In this document: positions 26,508-40,359 of the stretch, piece by piece | Layout of the letters: every line of letters starts with the position of its first letter | How positions within the stretch are numbered: the first letter of the stretch is position 1 | Position numbers and translations under genes: made by a program | Notes under the pieces: generated by a model | The model's input: only the letters and a program-made list of their open reading frames with translations | Database searches by the model: none | Told to the model about the DNA's origin: nothing | From: Octopus vulgaris | Taxonomy: Eukaryota | Assembly: GCA_951406725.2 (NCBI GenBank) | Contig: OX597814.1 | Coordinates: forward strand, 125,860,001-125,924,000 | Direction: 5' to 3' | Length of the DNA stretch: 64,000 nucleotides

Positions 26508-26840
26508 TGCATGGCTGAATGGTTAAGATGTTTGCCTCACAATCATGAGCTCCTAGATTCTATCTCACTACATGACATCCTGAGCAAATGCCTCTTATCA
26601 TAACCTAGGTGTGGCTTAAACCTTGTGAAATTGGGTAGATGTAAGCTGTGCAAAAGCCCCTCATGGATTTACCTGTAATTCAAGGGTACAGTTTTGTCAT
26701 ACATAATATCATGCTAATTTGCCTGCTGATTATGTTATGAGTGTACATGTTTGTAGCCACTTAAAAGTTAATTCAATGAAAAGGTTATTCATATGATCAA
26801 ACAACTGTATATTCATTGTTGAAGCCAGCAGATATCCATT
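26508..26840 (+). mobile_element. Diverged family A head + middle module
   Basis: Colinear with 21290-21590. Confidence 0.55.
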
Positions 26841-29283
26841 TTTACAGAGTATTTACAAAGTCTGCTTGATATGAAAAACATTGGCTGATGTATGTAGATA
26901 ATGCAAGTATGCTTGTTGGAGATATAGCTAGAACAGAGAAAACATGCTGAGAGTGAAAGTACCATGAGATTGATGGTGGAGGTTATTTGAATTAGAAATA
27001 GATGATAGACAAAGAAATATTTTATGAGAAGTGGTGAGGTGAGATCTGAGAATTGTGGGTCTCAAAGATGAAATAACACAGCTTGTACATGTATTACGAA
27101 TTTTTACTGAAGGCTTCTACAATTCATAGCCAGGAAATACTAATACTAATATTAAAATACTGATGTTGATGATGATCACAATCATGTTTATCTGCATATT
27201 TAAATGCAGTCATTATTGTTGGTGTCTAATTATGTGCTGTTAATTATTCTGGTCACTGATAATTAGACTTTCTGATTTCTGATTTTCATTTGTTATTCCA
27301 TGTTGTTGTAGGAGAGCTTATATATTTTCTTTTTAACTTTAGATTGTTTGTTAATTTTACCTAAAGGAATTATTCAGCTATTCCAAAAATTTTAGTACAT
27401 TTTTAGGCATCTCTTATTAATAAACATTCAGCTGTGTTTTCCCCGGATATTTTGTATATTCTTTCTTCATAAGGACATCTGTCTCATGTTTAATTTACTA
27501 TATGGTAATCTTTAAGAAATATATCATTATTGTGTAGTATTCTGAGATATGTTGGATATTGGTGAGGATGGTGTAGGGTCATGACAACACTGATGATAAT
27601 ATGTGATCAAATGATGTAAAATGTCGCATTGACTGTTTAGGAATGAGGAAGTAATCATTGCAAACAGAATCATGTTTTTCTCCATGCTGTCAACATGATG
27701 ATAAAACACAAACATGTTGCATCAATTAACATATTTTAATCCAACTACGTAGTAAAATACCAGAAAGTGAAGAATTCTTAAATATGTGGTGGTGGTGGTG
27801 GTGTTCTTGTTGTTGTTAGGGTTCTCTGCTTTATGGAGCTTATTTGCATGAAATTTACAAACTTACTGGATTTGGGGTAACAAACTATTTTTAAAAGACA
27901 CCACTACTTCTGTTGATAACAGTGATAATAATGTTGAGAATACAGAGTAGTAGTTATGATGGTGTAGTGATGATAGTGACAAGAATAGTGGTGATGACAA
28001 TTATGATGATGATAGAAGCCATCATCCTCAAAGATATCACTGCTTAGCTCTCAGACTCATCTGCTACTCAGGCTGTTAATATAGAATTGACTCATTCACA
28101 ATCTTCATCTCTTCACTTCATCCCCTACACCCATCCCTAACTGGTGATATACAGTGATTTTATTGGAACTACAAGGGTTAAACATATACAGACTGCTCAA
28201 ACGCCTTTAATTTGTGTCTCACCCCTAAAGCTAGCCTGTAACTAACCGTAACTGTTTTTTCAGTTATTAAGTTGTCTGACTGTTGATTTATAATTACACA
28301 CCTACATACTATGAATTGCCTCACCCCACTTTCCAAGCCCTATGGCCCTTCGTGTTAACATTGGTTGGAATTTCTGTGAATTTCTATGTTAAGTATATCT
28401 GGAACTGGATATGTTGACATCTCAGAAACAGTAAGGCAGGTGACTGAAATAAACTTCTTAGGCATATCCTTTCACAACCCATGCACTACCAAAACTAACA
28501 AATTCAACTCATACAACTCTAATTTCACCAACAGGTTCTCTCACAGCTGTACTAAAGCAGTTTAGGCAATGAATAATATTTGAAGTACAAATTGCTCTTA
28601 CACAGCATTGCAACTCTATCAATATCTTCACTCAAACTATGAAGATTCATGGCTCATAAGCTATCCTTTTGAGGGAAACTGGAAAGATTGAAACTGCTTA
28701 GAAGCCTTTCGGATAGACAATACTTATAATTTAAATCCAACCTTGTCACTCTGTGTAACACTAATTCTATTTCAGAATTATGTTAGGAGTACACATTTGT
28801 GAGAGACTCAATGTCACTCATTCAGTCATACATTATTCTTGATGAGAGACATGTATAATTCATATATTATATAACAGGAATAGACAGGGATAATTTATCC
28901 AGAGATGGGTATTGTTCAAGCACTCTAGTATAATACAAGTTCTGGCTAACATCATCAAATGATATAGAATAACTTGTGATTCTTTAAGGTAAATCCTGAG
29001 TTTGCTTCATTGGATTATAAACAGTTTACTGAGGGTAAATAAAGATGGAGAAATATATATCAACACAATTTTCATTAATACAGTATTTTATACAGTATGT
29101 TCTCTTTAAACCTCTGTCCAACATACGTTTCTGCTGCATGGATATCTTGTTAAGTAGTGTTTATTTGCATCTTGTTAGTTTGGCTGCATTCAGATTTCCT
29201 CTTGATTAAAAAAGTATCCATACAGCTTTATTCAAGGTGTTTGTAGTTTGAAGTTGGCATGGATTATGTACGTATATATATAT

Positions 29284-29787
29284 CATCATCATCATCATCA
29301 TCATCATCGTTTAACGTCCGTTTTCCGCGCTAGCACGGGTTGGACGGTTTCGACCGGGGTCTGGGGAGCTAGGGACTGCCCCAGGATCCAGTCTAGTCTG
29401 GCAGAGTTTCTACGGCTGGATGCCCTTCCTGACGCCAACCACTCCGTGAGTGTAGTGGGTGTTTTTTACGTGCCACCTGCACAGGTGCCAGAGGGGTCTG
29501 GCATCGGCCACGTTCGGATGGTGCTTTTTTTATGTGGGGGGGGGGGTGCAGAAATATAGGGGAGCACCAGTGAGGAGGGGTGGTTCAGAGAAATGATGAC
29601 AGGTTCTAGGCAAGTAGAACGTAGGATATCAAGAGAGGGGTAATGCATGGTGAAATAGCGTATTGAAGAGGGGGGTTCGAAGAGTAGACACCTATTATGG
29701 TGGTGGGAGAAGCGACATCCGGTATGGATGGAGCAAAAATATAGAGATATCCGGTATTGGTGGTGGGGGTGGGCAGGGCGGGTGCAC
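29284..29787 (-). mobile_element. Young family B (RTE-tail) element
   Basis: (CAT)n CGTTTAACGTCCGTTTTCC.. CpG-rich; homologous to 51205-51665. Confidence 0.8.
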
Positions 29788-30206
29788 CGCGAATACACGA
29801 TGGTTGATGAATACACGAGAGGCGAGATGGGTAATGGATAAATTAGTTAAAATAATTAGATAGATATAGAAATTAGTTAAAAATAGTTAGATAGATAAGA
29901 AAGCATGTATGATTGATGGGGAAGTGAAATAAATAAATAAGCATTCAACTTATCTGCTAGATGACTGAATGGATGAAAGAGCAGAAGTTTGGGGCTGCGT
30001 TTTTTTTTTTTTTAAGTAAAGATTGTCCGGAGGAAGAAGAAGGCGCGAATACACGATGGTTGATGAATACACGAGAGGCGAGATGGGTAATGGATAAATT
30101 AGTTAAAATAATTAGATAGATATAGAAATTAGTTAAAAATAGTTAGATAGATAAGAAAGCATGTATGATTGATGGGGAAGTGAAATAAATAAATAAGCAT
30201 TCAACT
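29788..30206. repeat. Perfect 163-bp direct repeat (29788-29950 and 30044-30206)
   Basis: Base-by-base comparison shows identity; 93-bp spacer containing poly-T. Confidence 0.92.
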
Positions 30207-30257
30207 ATATATATATATATATATACGTACATAATCCATGCCAACTTCAAACTACAA

Positions 30258-30660
30258 ACACATACACATATACATATACACACACACATATACATACACA
30301 CACATATACATACACACACACATATACATATACACAAACATATACATATACACACACACATATACACACACACATATACACACACACACATATACACACA
30401 CACACATATACACACACACACATACACACACACACATATATACACACACACATACACACACACACATATACACACACACATACACACATACACACACACA
30501 TATACACACACACACACACATATATATATATGTGTGTGTATATATGTGTGTGTGTATATGTGTGTGTGTGTGTATGTGTGTGTGTGTATGTATATGTGTG
30601 TATGTATATGTGTATGTGTGTATATGTATATGTGTATATATATCTGTATATACACACATA
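30258..30660. repeat. (CA/TA)n switching to (TG/TA)n compound microsatellite
   Basis: Direct read; polarity flips around 30520-30530. Confidence 0.95.
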
Positions 30661-30906
30661 ATATTTTGTCTGTCTTTGTTTCTCAGAGTGGATGAAGTGA
30701 TTACCATCTCTGACCAAACTAACCAAACATATTGTTGTTTCCTTCTCTTATCATTTACTGTTATTTCTTTCTACCCCAAACCCCACTCTAAGCACTCTGG
30801 CCATCCAAAACGCCATCCACATTGATAATTCATTCCCTAGCTATTCAGAGCATATCTTTGAAGTGAATCCATAATGCTGTGGAAAAAATCATTGACTTTA
30901 TATGCA

Positions 30907-30954
<48 letters not shown>

Positions 30955-31380
30955 ATGACTGAAACAGTGAGATAGAAAAATAGATGGATTGGGAGATAGA
31001 CGCTGAAAATGTTAAATTATATGAAGAGAATCTGCTTGCTTATTATTTATATTCCTAGACACAGCGTTCATATTTTTACTCACTATTATTAATTAGATAT
31101 CTTCCAAGTTGTAATCTTGTATTTATTGCTAATTAAATCTATTTCTTGTTATTCTTAATGTCTTATCTGCACTAAGTACCATATTAGCTCCCACTATTAT
31201 CTATTGTACATCAGTTTTAGTAGCTTGCATCAGACTTCTCTACTATACTTCTTACCAAATATATCACACCATTAACTACAGAAAACTTCAGATATTTTCA
31301 GTTCCTTCTCCTCCTCTTATCTTCATTGCATGATTTATGCTGTCCAAAACATATACTTAGCCATGCTCTGTCTCTGTTTG

Positions 31381-31499
<119 letters not shown>

Positions 31500-33284
31500 A
31501 TATGTATATATATTAGGTAGGTGGGTGTGTGCTTGCACACACATTTCAATATCAATGTTGCCAGCATTTTATGTCCATTTTTCAATACTGACATTATATT
31601 TTCTTAATGTTTTTTTACCTTTCAAAGGACAGGATTGTGTTTAGGAAATGTAAATAGAACAGTTTCAAATATATCACTATTTTGGGGAAAATAATGTAAA
31701 ATTTTAATTTAACAAATTTTCAAGGCAAGAAGCTGTAAGATAGATCAGAATACATAATGAGTATTCTCAACCATCCTCTATTACACTTCAAGAATTTTTC
31801 TGCATATTCCGTTGAGGCCTGTTAAAAATAAAACCCAGCTGTATTTACCACAAATAGAACATGTATATTTTTGTTTTGGACAATCAACATAAGACTTGTA
31901 TGTAATAATGTATAATTTCAGATCTGATGTTAATAGAAGAAAGAACTGAGGTATTAATGTATATAACCAGGAATTGTTTAATTTTCTATGCCCCAGCATG
32001 GCCACTAGTTGGATGGAATCAGTAAAAGAATGAAGTAAATAAATGAATGATAAACTATTTGGTATATCCAACTGACTTGAATTTTAATATATAGTATCTA
32101 GAATAAACACAAGATTAATTTCTCATCAGTTAGCTTCTTCTATACCACAAAGGTAGGAAAATATATAGCTCTTATTTTGCTAGAATAGTGTAATTCAGTA
32201 TTCAGTGTCTCCTCATTAAATAAACGAACTAATAGCTAATTAAATAATCACGATTGATCACTGATCAATGTCTTGTTTTTTAATGTTGGCAAAGACTAGA
32301 TCGATATTGACATAAAATTCTATTTGTAAGTTGCATTCCTTCTAATTTATTGAAGTTTGCATTTATATTTTGTAAAGAAAAGCAGCTATATTATTATTCA
32401 TACCACTTTTTAAAGCCTTATGTTTATCCTTAATAAATTTGAATAGCTATTTCTTAAGAATTATTAAAACCACATTTGAAACTCTTCTATTTATGTTTCC
32501 TAAATACAATCATGTTCATTTAAAAGCAAAAAGAACCCAAAGAAATTTATAAGTTTTCTTAATTTTGCATGTATGCTGCATAGCACATGCAACATGTGGT
32601 AATGTTTTAATAGAGGTAATTAGCCAGAGAGAAAATAAATGAAATAACAGCAAAGAATATGAATAAAATAGAGATATAAATTATATTCATATGCACTGCC
32701 AGCTAGATCCCCATTGTCTTCAGTATCAGTTGATACACACACACACACACACACACAAACACACACATGTAGATTGATACAAATTCATACATGCATATTT
32801 AAATGCATTTACATATACATACACAGTGAATATGTGAATATCTACATCCATAAACACTTAAACACATATTCAATATGTGCTTGTGGTAAGCTGGGTAGAT
32901 ACCATTATGTGTGTGTTTGCATATGTAGATAACTGTATAGTTAAATCTGTACTATGATTTTGTGCAGGTGTCCAATCCGTATCAGCATTCTTCAGTGGAT
33001 TGAAAGAAAAATGAGCTATCTGCTTCACATCCAGGGAGGTTTGATAGTATCTGCTTAGAATAACTGCATGAAACCATGGTATGGCTTTCATTGTATTAGT
33101 AGACACATGTATATGTGCAAGTGGGCGTGCACAGACACACACATACACATCCATTATATATATATATGGTGTGTGTATATCTTTGCTGCCATTCATGAAT
33201 CAACAGCTAAGTTATTGCAATTATTATTCAAATGTGACTTAGTCAATGAATCCCCCCATTTCTTTCAATATCTAGTTGCCGGGG

Positions 33285-33545
33285 CCACAGGCATAAGAGG
33301 AATCAAATGTAGCATGCAAGAGAGAAGGCTACGGTGGTTTGGACATATGATGGATATGAATGAGGACAGCTGCATAAAGAAGTGCTGATCACTGAAAGTG
33401 GATGGCACCTGCAGAAGAGGGAGACCCAGGAAGACATGGCATGAAGAGGTAAGGACCGGTCTCAGGCTGTTGGGCCTCACAGAGGAAATGACAATGGACT
33501 GAGATGTCTGGCAATATGAAGTTCTTGAGAAGACCCACCCACGTC
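33285..33545 (+). mobile_element. RTE-clade LINE, 3' end of ORF
   Basis: GIRGIKCSMQERRLRWFGHMM..C*SLKVDGTCRRGRPRKTW..LGLTEEMT.D*DVW is the canonical RTE C-terminus. Confidence 0.88.
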
Positions 33546-33554
33546 TAGAAGCAC

Positions 33555-33978
33555 TGTGTGTCCCACCCACACTTAACAAGAAAACTTCTCATACACTCTA
33601 CCACAACAAACCAAACTACATTTTTACATCTCTTCTCTTCTTCACGTTTTTCACTTCATGCACTATGCTTACTTCCCACTCCCCAATCCTGTCCTCTTGG
33701 CCCTGTGCCACTGTATCATTGCTCTCCGCTAGCACCCCCCCCCACCTGTGTGTTCCACCCACATGCCTTGTCTCACTGTATCATTGCTATCTGATAGCCC
33801 CACCCCAACATGTGTGTTCCACCCACATGTAACAAGAAAACTTTTCACACACCCTACCCCAACAAACCATGCTTCTCTTCCTCACATTTCCTCCTTCATA
33901 CACTTGCCTAGCTCTCACTCCTCATTCCTGTTCTCACAGCCCTGTTTCCTCTGTATCATTGCTATCCGGTAGCCCCTT
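33555..33978 (+). repeat. C-rich duplicated units following the RTE ORF (likely 3' UTR)
   Basis: Three units start TGTGTGT(C/T)CCACCCACA and end CTGTATCATTGCT..TAGC(A)CCCC. Confidence 0.65.
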
Positions 33979-35443
33979 GACTCTATATATACTCAGGTTT
34001 TCCAGGGATAATTTATTTAAGACTACACTGCCTAATGTTCCTTTAAAAAAGAAAAAAGATGTGTGATTTGTAAGAAATTTGGCTGCTATTTCCAGTATCT
34101 TCATTAGCAGTGAAAGGCCACCTCTTTGGCCTCTTTTCTCTCATTAACTCATTTTGATTCTGGTATTCTTGTGAAATGTGTGAGAAAATTTTCTGCTTCT
34201 ATTTGGTATTTACTTCCCTTCATCTTCCTTGTGTGTTGTTGGCTGATAGTGCTATAATTTGTATTATAGTTTCTGTCTTCCCTCATGGAAAGCACGTTTC
34301 ACTGTAACATTAACTTTATCTTACAAAAGAAAGGAAAACAGTTTTGAGGGCTTTAAACCCATATGTGATGAAGATAAAAAAAAAAGAAAATCAAGATAAA
34401 ATTTAAATAGAGCAGGAAAAACCCCGAAATTGTTACCCAGAACAGGTGGAGTGGGCTGCTGTTGTAAGAACTTGTAATAAAAAATATTGATAGTTGAGTG
34501 GCTTCTGTTGTGAGTCCTACAGAAAGATTAAACTGTAGTTTAGATAAGGAAAAATCAGTACTAACAGATGGATGTCAATTATTGGACTGATTTGAGGGCA
34601 GCCAAGAAAGTAAGAAGAGGGTGATGTTGAGATTGGTAATAAAAAGAAAATAATTCAATAGTTAAATAAATTATTAGAAAGATAAAAACTTCTAACAGAC
34701 TGCCATTAACCATGTTCTAATATTTTCCCTTTTGTTATCAGTTACTACCAAAGTTTTTTTTTTGTTTTTCTATTCCTTCATTCCTCAGTTCCAGACTCTC
34801 ATGTGCCAAAAGACATGCTACACCTGTCAGTCCATCACTCACCACACCATCCCACATTCTGTACTAAAATGCCTGACTAATCTCTTGTGACAGTGAGCAG
34901 ATAACCTCTTGAAGAAATTCAAGTGGAATAATGTTGTTGTTATAAGCTTCTTCTAAATATTCCCCTTCCTCAACGCAAAAGACCACCACTACCCCAGCCA
35001 ATATGGTGGTTCCGATGCCTAAAGATGCAAACAACTGTGATTTTTAACTAAATATTTGATTCAGAATTGGTTGAATTGTAACAGCATGCCATGTTTTCAT
35101 CCGCTCTCCGTGAGAAACTTCAGCTGAAGTTTTTATAGGTATCAACAATACAGTTTGTAATGAAATCTGTTGAAATTTTACTTACCATCAAAATATCTTT
35201 CAGACAATGCACAGACATTTATGTGCATGATGTAACTCTCCAAGCAGATTCCTTGCCAAGACAATATTTAATAAGTTTATGGAATTCTTCTATCCACCAC
35301 TCTTCAGCCAGTTTCAGTCTGTTAGCATCATTCCCATGGAGAAACCTTCTACATTTGATGCCTGCTTTGCATCCAACTACTTATTGCATATCCTGTCCAA
35401 CTCCAAACTCCTCTTCTCCATGTCATCAGTCTTTATCACTGTC

Positions 35444-35859
35444 TCTTTTATCTTTTACTTGCTTCAGTTGTTAGACTGCGACCAAACTGGGACACCATCT
35501 TAAAGAAATTTTTGTCATATGAATTGACTCTAGTACTTATTTTTTTAAAGCCTGGTACTTATTCCATTGGTTTCTTTTACTGAACCACTAAGTTATGGGG
35601 ATGTAAATACACCAACACTAAGTTGTCAAGCGGTATGGGGGACAAACACCAACACAAAGACACACATACATACATGCATACATACATACATATATGATGG
35701 GCTTCTTTCAGTTTCTATTTATCAAATCCACTCACAAGGCTTTGGTCAGCCTAAGGCTATAGTAGAAGACACTTGCCAAAGGTGCCATGCAATAGGACTG
35801 AACCTGAAACCATATGGTTGGGAAGCACGCTTTTATACCGCAAAGCCACACCTGCACCT
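35444..35859 (-). mobile_element. CORE-type SINE family A, full length
   Basis: Colinear with 17843-18230. Confidence 0.88.
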
Positions 35860-37464
35860 ATAGTAGAGAGTTACCTGATGGAAAGTTCTTCTGATGATTT
35901 TTAACCCACCAAAAGCAGCCAGCTTTTTTCTTTGGTCCTCAAACAGACTCCTGTTTCTCTTAGGCTAGAAGTTTCCTATCATACTGTACCATTGTAGAAT
36001 GTTGTAGCATGTTAAGACAGGTCTCTGCTGCCTATCTGCCTATCTCTCTCTCTCTCTCATTTATATTTTATCAGCTCTTGTGTGCTCTAAGGTTTAATTA
36101 TGTTTCCCATACTCTTCCTTATTGCTGTGTTCATATCTATGTGTGTGTGTGTATAAATATATATCTAATGGATGTCTTATAAAAGTATTCTACACATACA
36201 ATAACAGCCATACCAACAAGCCTCCATCATCAGCTGCCCCATGGATTTCACTATGGTTTCAACACCTGGGTAGTACCATTCAATCTGGTGGTGTCAATAA
36301 CACTGCAATAAGTGTTGTTTGGGAACAAACATACCTCTGATATCACCACATTTATTCAATCTTAACTCTAGGAAGGATTAAGCACTAGCATTATTAATTA
36401 AAGTACAACAAAGAACCCACATTTACTCTATGTACAAAAACAGTATCAGTAAAATAATAATTCTATAAGTAAACCTATAACTGATTCTTAAATTATCTAA
36501 CTAAATAGAAACCTAGCCCTTGAAGTCCATATAGATAATATTCCCACTAGTCTTTCATAGTTATTATTATAAAGGTGAAAGCTTTTATATTCTATTATTT
36601 CCGAAACAAAGCAAACTTGATTGAACTTAACTAATAATATAACCAATTCAAAGTGAATTACACTATTTCATAACCCAAAAGTTAATAATTGAAACACTTC
36701 TTATGTATTAAATATTTATTATCCTTACATACTTTAACGTTAAACTTATACCAGTAATTTAATAGATAATACTAAAATATCCTTATTAATTCAGAAACTA
36801 ATAAATACCTATAATTAAAAATTATTATTAAAAACCTTGTTACGATTAAAGCTAAATAAAAGAATAACTATAATTAAAAACCTTGTTATGATTAAAGCTA
36901 AATATATAACTGTTTTAAAGTTAATATAAAATATAAAGTATTACCAATTACATGCTATCTGGACACACAAGGTTCAAGTCAACTATTTTCTCAAGAGATT
37001 TTAACTATTTGGTGGCGTGGTGCATAGTCCACTACTTTCTCAAATGTCTTTAACTATTTTGGTGACATGGTATGCAATTAGAGTGACTTGTAAACAGTCC
37101 AAATAGGGACACCCTACAATCCAAATCATTAGATGTACCATGTTTATTTAAGATTTCCAGTCTCCCACCTAAACAGTGATTAAGCATTTTAACTAATTTA
37201 CCATATCTATACCCTTGTTCTACTAAATGTCTTAAATTTTTTTTATTCTTTCCAAAAATCTATTAGTATTATTTATAATTGTGCCATACCTGATAATCTG
37301 GCCTGAAAAAAAAAAACACCATAGCCTATAAAAGAAGGAATTCAACTACTGAACCATGGCACTGAAGCTACTTGGAAACTGAAATCTGTTTTATTATAAA
37401 TGTCAGTATATATCTTATTATTATCCTTTATTACTAAATACACATATATACATGCATATATGTG

Positions 37465-37712
37465 CGTGCATTGTTGTCTCCTTGCTTTGGCATCATGTGA
37501 TAATTGTGGTAGTTGTGTCTGCATCATGCAAGAACTGTCCTTCATTTCCTATCTTCCATGGAAATGTAATCATGGGGAAACATTACTATATATTATGTCT
37601 AAACAGGCATGGGTTGGTGACAAAAAAGGTATCTGGCCTTAGAAAATCCACTTAAACAAATTCCATCTGACCCATGCAAGCATAGAAAAGCAGATATTAA
37701 AACGATGATGGT
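37465..37712 (+). mobile_element. RTE-like 3' module of the composite SINE
   Basis: Ends CCCATGCAAGCATAGAAAAGCAGATATTAAAACGATGATG. Confidence 0.65.
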
Positions 37713-38044
37713 GATTTTTTTTTTGTTTTTTTAAAACTGAACATCATCTACAACTGCCTCACCAGTCTGGGAGGACCTACAATGATCATGGGTACTGACA
37801 GCTGCTCCTCTTTTGACTTACACATATTTAAAAATTCCAACTCAGAAATATGAGGCAGCAAATAGAATCAGTTGATCCACCAGCCTACCTTCAGCTCTGC
37901 TACAACATCCTAAAGTTTGAATGAATGGTATTTTAATGGTTTCTTACTTTTGAAGAATATATGCAAGTCAGTTTACAAACATTGATAATAGGAATTGAAT
38001 TGATGATGAAGAAAGCTGCAAGGAAGCAGACAGCAATAATTAAC

Positions 38045-38345
38045 AATGGTCATGTTGTTGATGATGGTAATGATGATAGTGATGACGACATCAGTGATTG
38101 ATAATTGATGATGATGACGATGGTTATGATGATGATGATGATGACACTGATGACAGTGATGACGAAATTGACAATAATTGATAATGATGACGACGGCAGT
38201 GACTGATAATTGATGATAATGATGGTGATTGATGGCGATGATGATGGTAATCAATAATAATGACAATGATGATGGCAATCAATGATGATGATAACAATGG
38301 TGATGATGATGAAGAGGAGGACTGTAGTGGTGGTGGTGGTGGTGG
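38045..38345. repeat. Degenerate (GAT)n/(GGT)n array
   Basis: Direct read. Confidence 0.9.
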
Positions 38346-39871
38346 ATGGTAGTTATGATGGTTGAGTTAGAGAAGCCAGTTGATAAGTACAAGGATGTAT
38401 GTTAGAAATCGAAAAGTGAAAGTAAAGCATGCTGATAGTATGGTATATGAAAAGTCAGGGAATATATTACAGTGTCAAGAAAACAATAGTCTATATGTTA
38501 GGTGAATGATAAAAATGTTGAGCGATGCCTTTCTATAACATGAATCCACATGTGGGTCCAGCTTTGATTAGCTACAGTTAATAGTCAGAAAGCTGATGTA
38601 ATGAATATAACCGGAAGGCTTTATTGATCTTTGATTAATTACTTTGGTAAAGTCTGTAGCCAAAAGCTAGATGATACAGTCAGGAATTGGCTAAATTAGA
38701 CATAATATATAGTATGCAGATCTAATTAAGCACTCACGTAGTTCTTCTGTTTCAGTGATTTACTCTTTAGAAATAGAGTAGCTTGTATTTCAGGCATATT
38801 TATTTTCTGGGGCTTTTGGTTTCACTTCTCATTAATGTCTACGGACTAGTTTCTGCAGGCAGCCAAAGAAATTTGCTGTCAAGACATTGAAGTTTATCAA
38901 CTGATTGCTGTTACTTTACTCACTTTAATAAATACACTTGTATTAAACTTCAAAATACTTATAAAACGCTAAGTCCTCACATATTTATGAAGCCTTCATG
39001 CTAATTAAAACATAAATCTAGTAACATGTGACAGGTACCCCTTGCGTCCTCTCCTAATGAGTAATTCATTGTCATTTTTCTTTATATAAAATATATTTTA
39101 AATGGCAGTTGACTTTCATCAATTTATAGTAATTTATAGAAAACACGAACAAACTAGATTTTTAAACATTCTATTAAAGTTGTCATTGATGAACAATATT
39201 TTAAAATAGTGAAATTAAATTAATTTGTAATTTGCAATAATTTCTGAGAAAAACCAAAAAAATGGAAAAGACATCTGATCTTTGAAAATTCAACTCTTCT
39301 TAACAAGTCATATTTTTTCTCTTGTATTTAATTTATTAATTTATGTTCATCACAAACAGAATAATTCTTTTGACAAAAATATCTTTGTTGTTGAGAATAT
39401 TCCCTGACAGAACAAGCAATTGTTTGAAGAAATCATTCTCGGAACTCTGATTGTCTTCATAACTAATGAAATTATGATCTTGTTAAAAGTGTCATTTATT
39501 ACTTGTTACACAATTCATTAGAGGGAACTGAAGAATGGAGTTTTAACTAATGATGATAAGGATGAAAGTTCACAATCTTATTTTAAAATCTCAGTTGGAT
39601 ATTTTAATATATAAAGTTTTGTTTCTTATATATGAGCACTGTGTTGAGAGGTTACAAACACAGAAGCATAATTACACACTCATATACATGTGCCCTCCCA
39701 CCCAATATATACACATTGAGAGACAGAAAGATGCACAAATGCATGCATATATATATATTGAGACACACACATACATACATATTGAGACACACTCACACTC
39801 TCTCATATACATGTACCCCTCGTGTGCACACATTGAGAGAAATTCAGATACATATACGCTGAGTGAGGCAT

Positions 39872-39917
<46 letters not shown>

Positions 39918-40359
39918 ACACACATACACACACACACTAATAAATTTGGTAAATAGAGGTGGAAAGTATTATTTATTCTATTGCAGTACTAGTGTAGTTT
40001 TTAATACTCTGTGTTTAATTTAAACTTGAAACAAATAGCAATTAGAGAAAACTAATGAATTAGAGAAATTTAATGAAGTAAACTATATGTTCATCTTTGA
40101 AATTGAAGTTTGTTTAGTTGTGATCTGATATTGATTCTCATCTGCCTAATATCTTATATCTCTAAAATGAAAGATATCTATATTAAATAGCTGAATAGCG
40201 ATTCAAGCTGTTTAATGATTATGTTGACTGAAAGACAGGAAAGTTTGTTTGCCAAACATATGTTAGTGCAAAGGTCTTGATTGTTTTCAGATTTTGTGTT
40301 TTATATGGAGGAATAAAAATATTTGTCCTGGCATGTGAGATCTATAAAATGAGAACATG

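Noticed and set aside
30143-30825. 150-195 aa ORFs on both strands
   Set aside because: (CA)n/(TG)n microsatellite translations
32968-33038. Possible plus-strand exon (CPIRISILQWIERKMSYLLHIQG); similar candidates near 9352, 41050 and 45859
   Set aside because: Weak donors or acceptors, no recognisable homology, and the candidates cannot be chained into a coherent protein
35060-35440. Possible CR1/L2-like LINE end (..SLWNS..)
   Set aside because: Too degenerate to call without a profile search
36830-36850. ACCTTGTTACGA resembling the reverse complement of the SSU/12S rRNA 3' motif
   Set aside because: Only ~12 nt match, it is locally duplicated, and no other rRNA motifs are nearby; not enough to call a NUMT
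37973-38278. His-rich ORF
   Set aside because: Degenerate (GAT)n array
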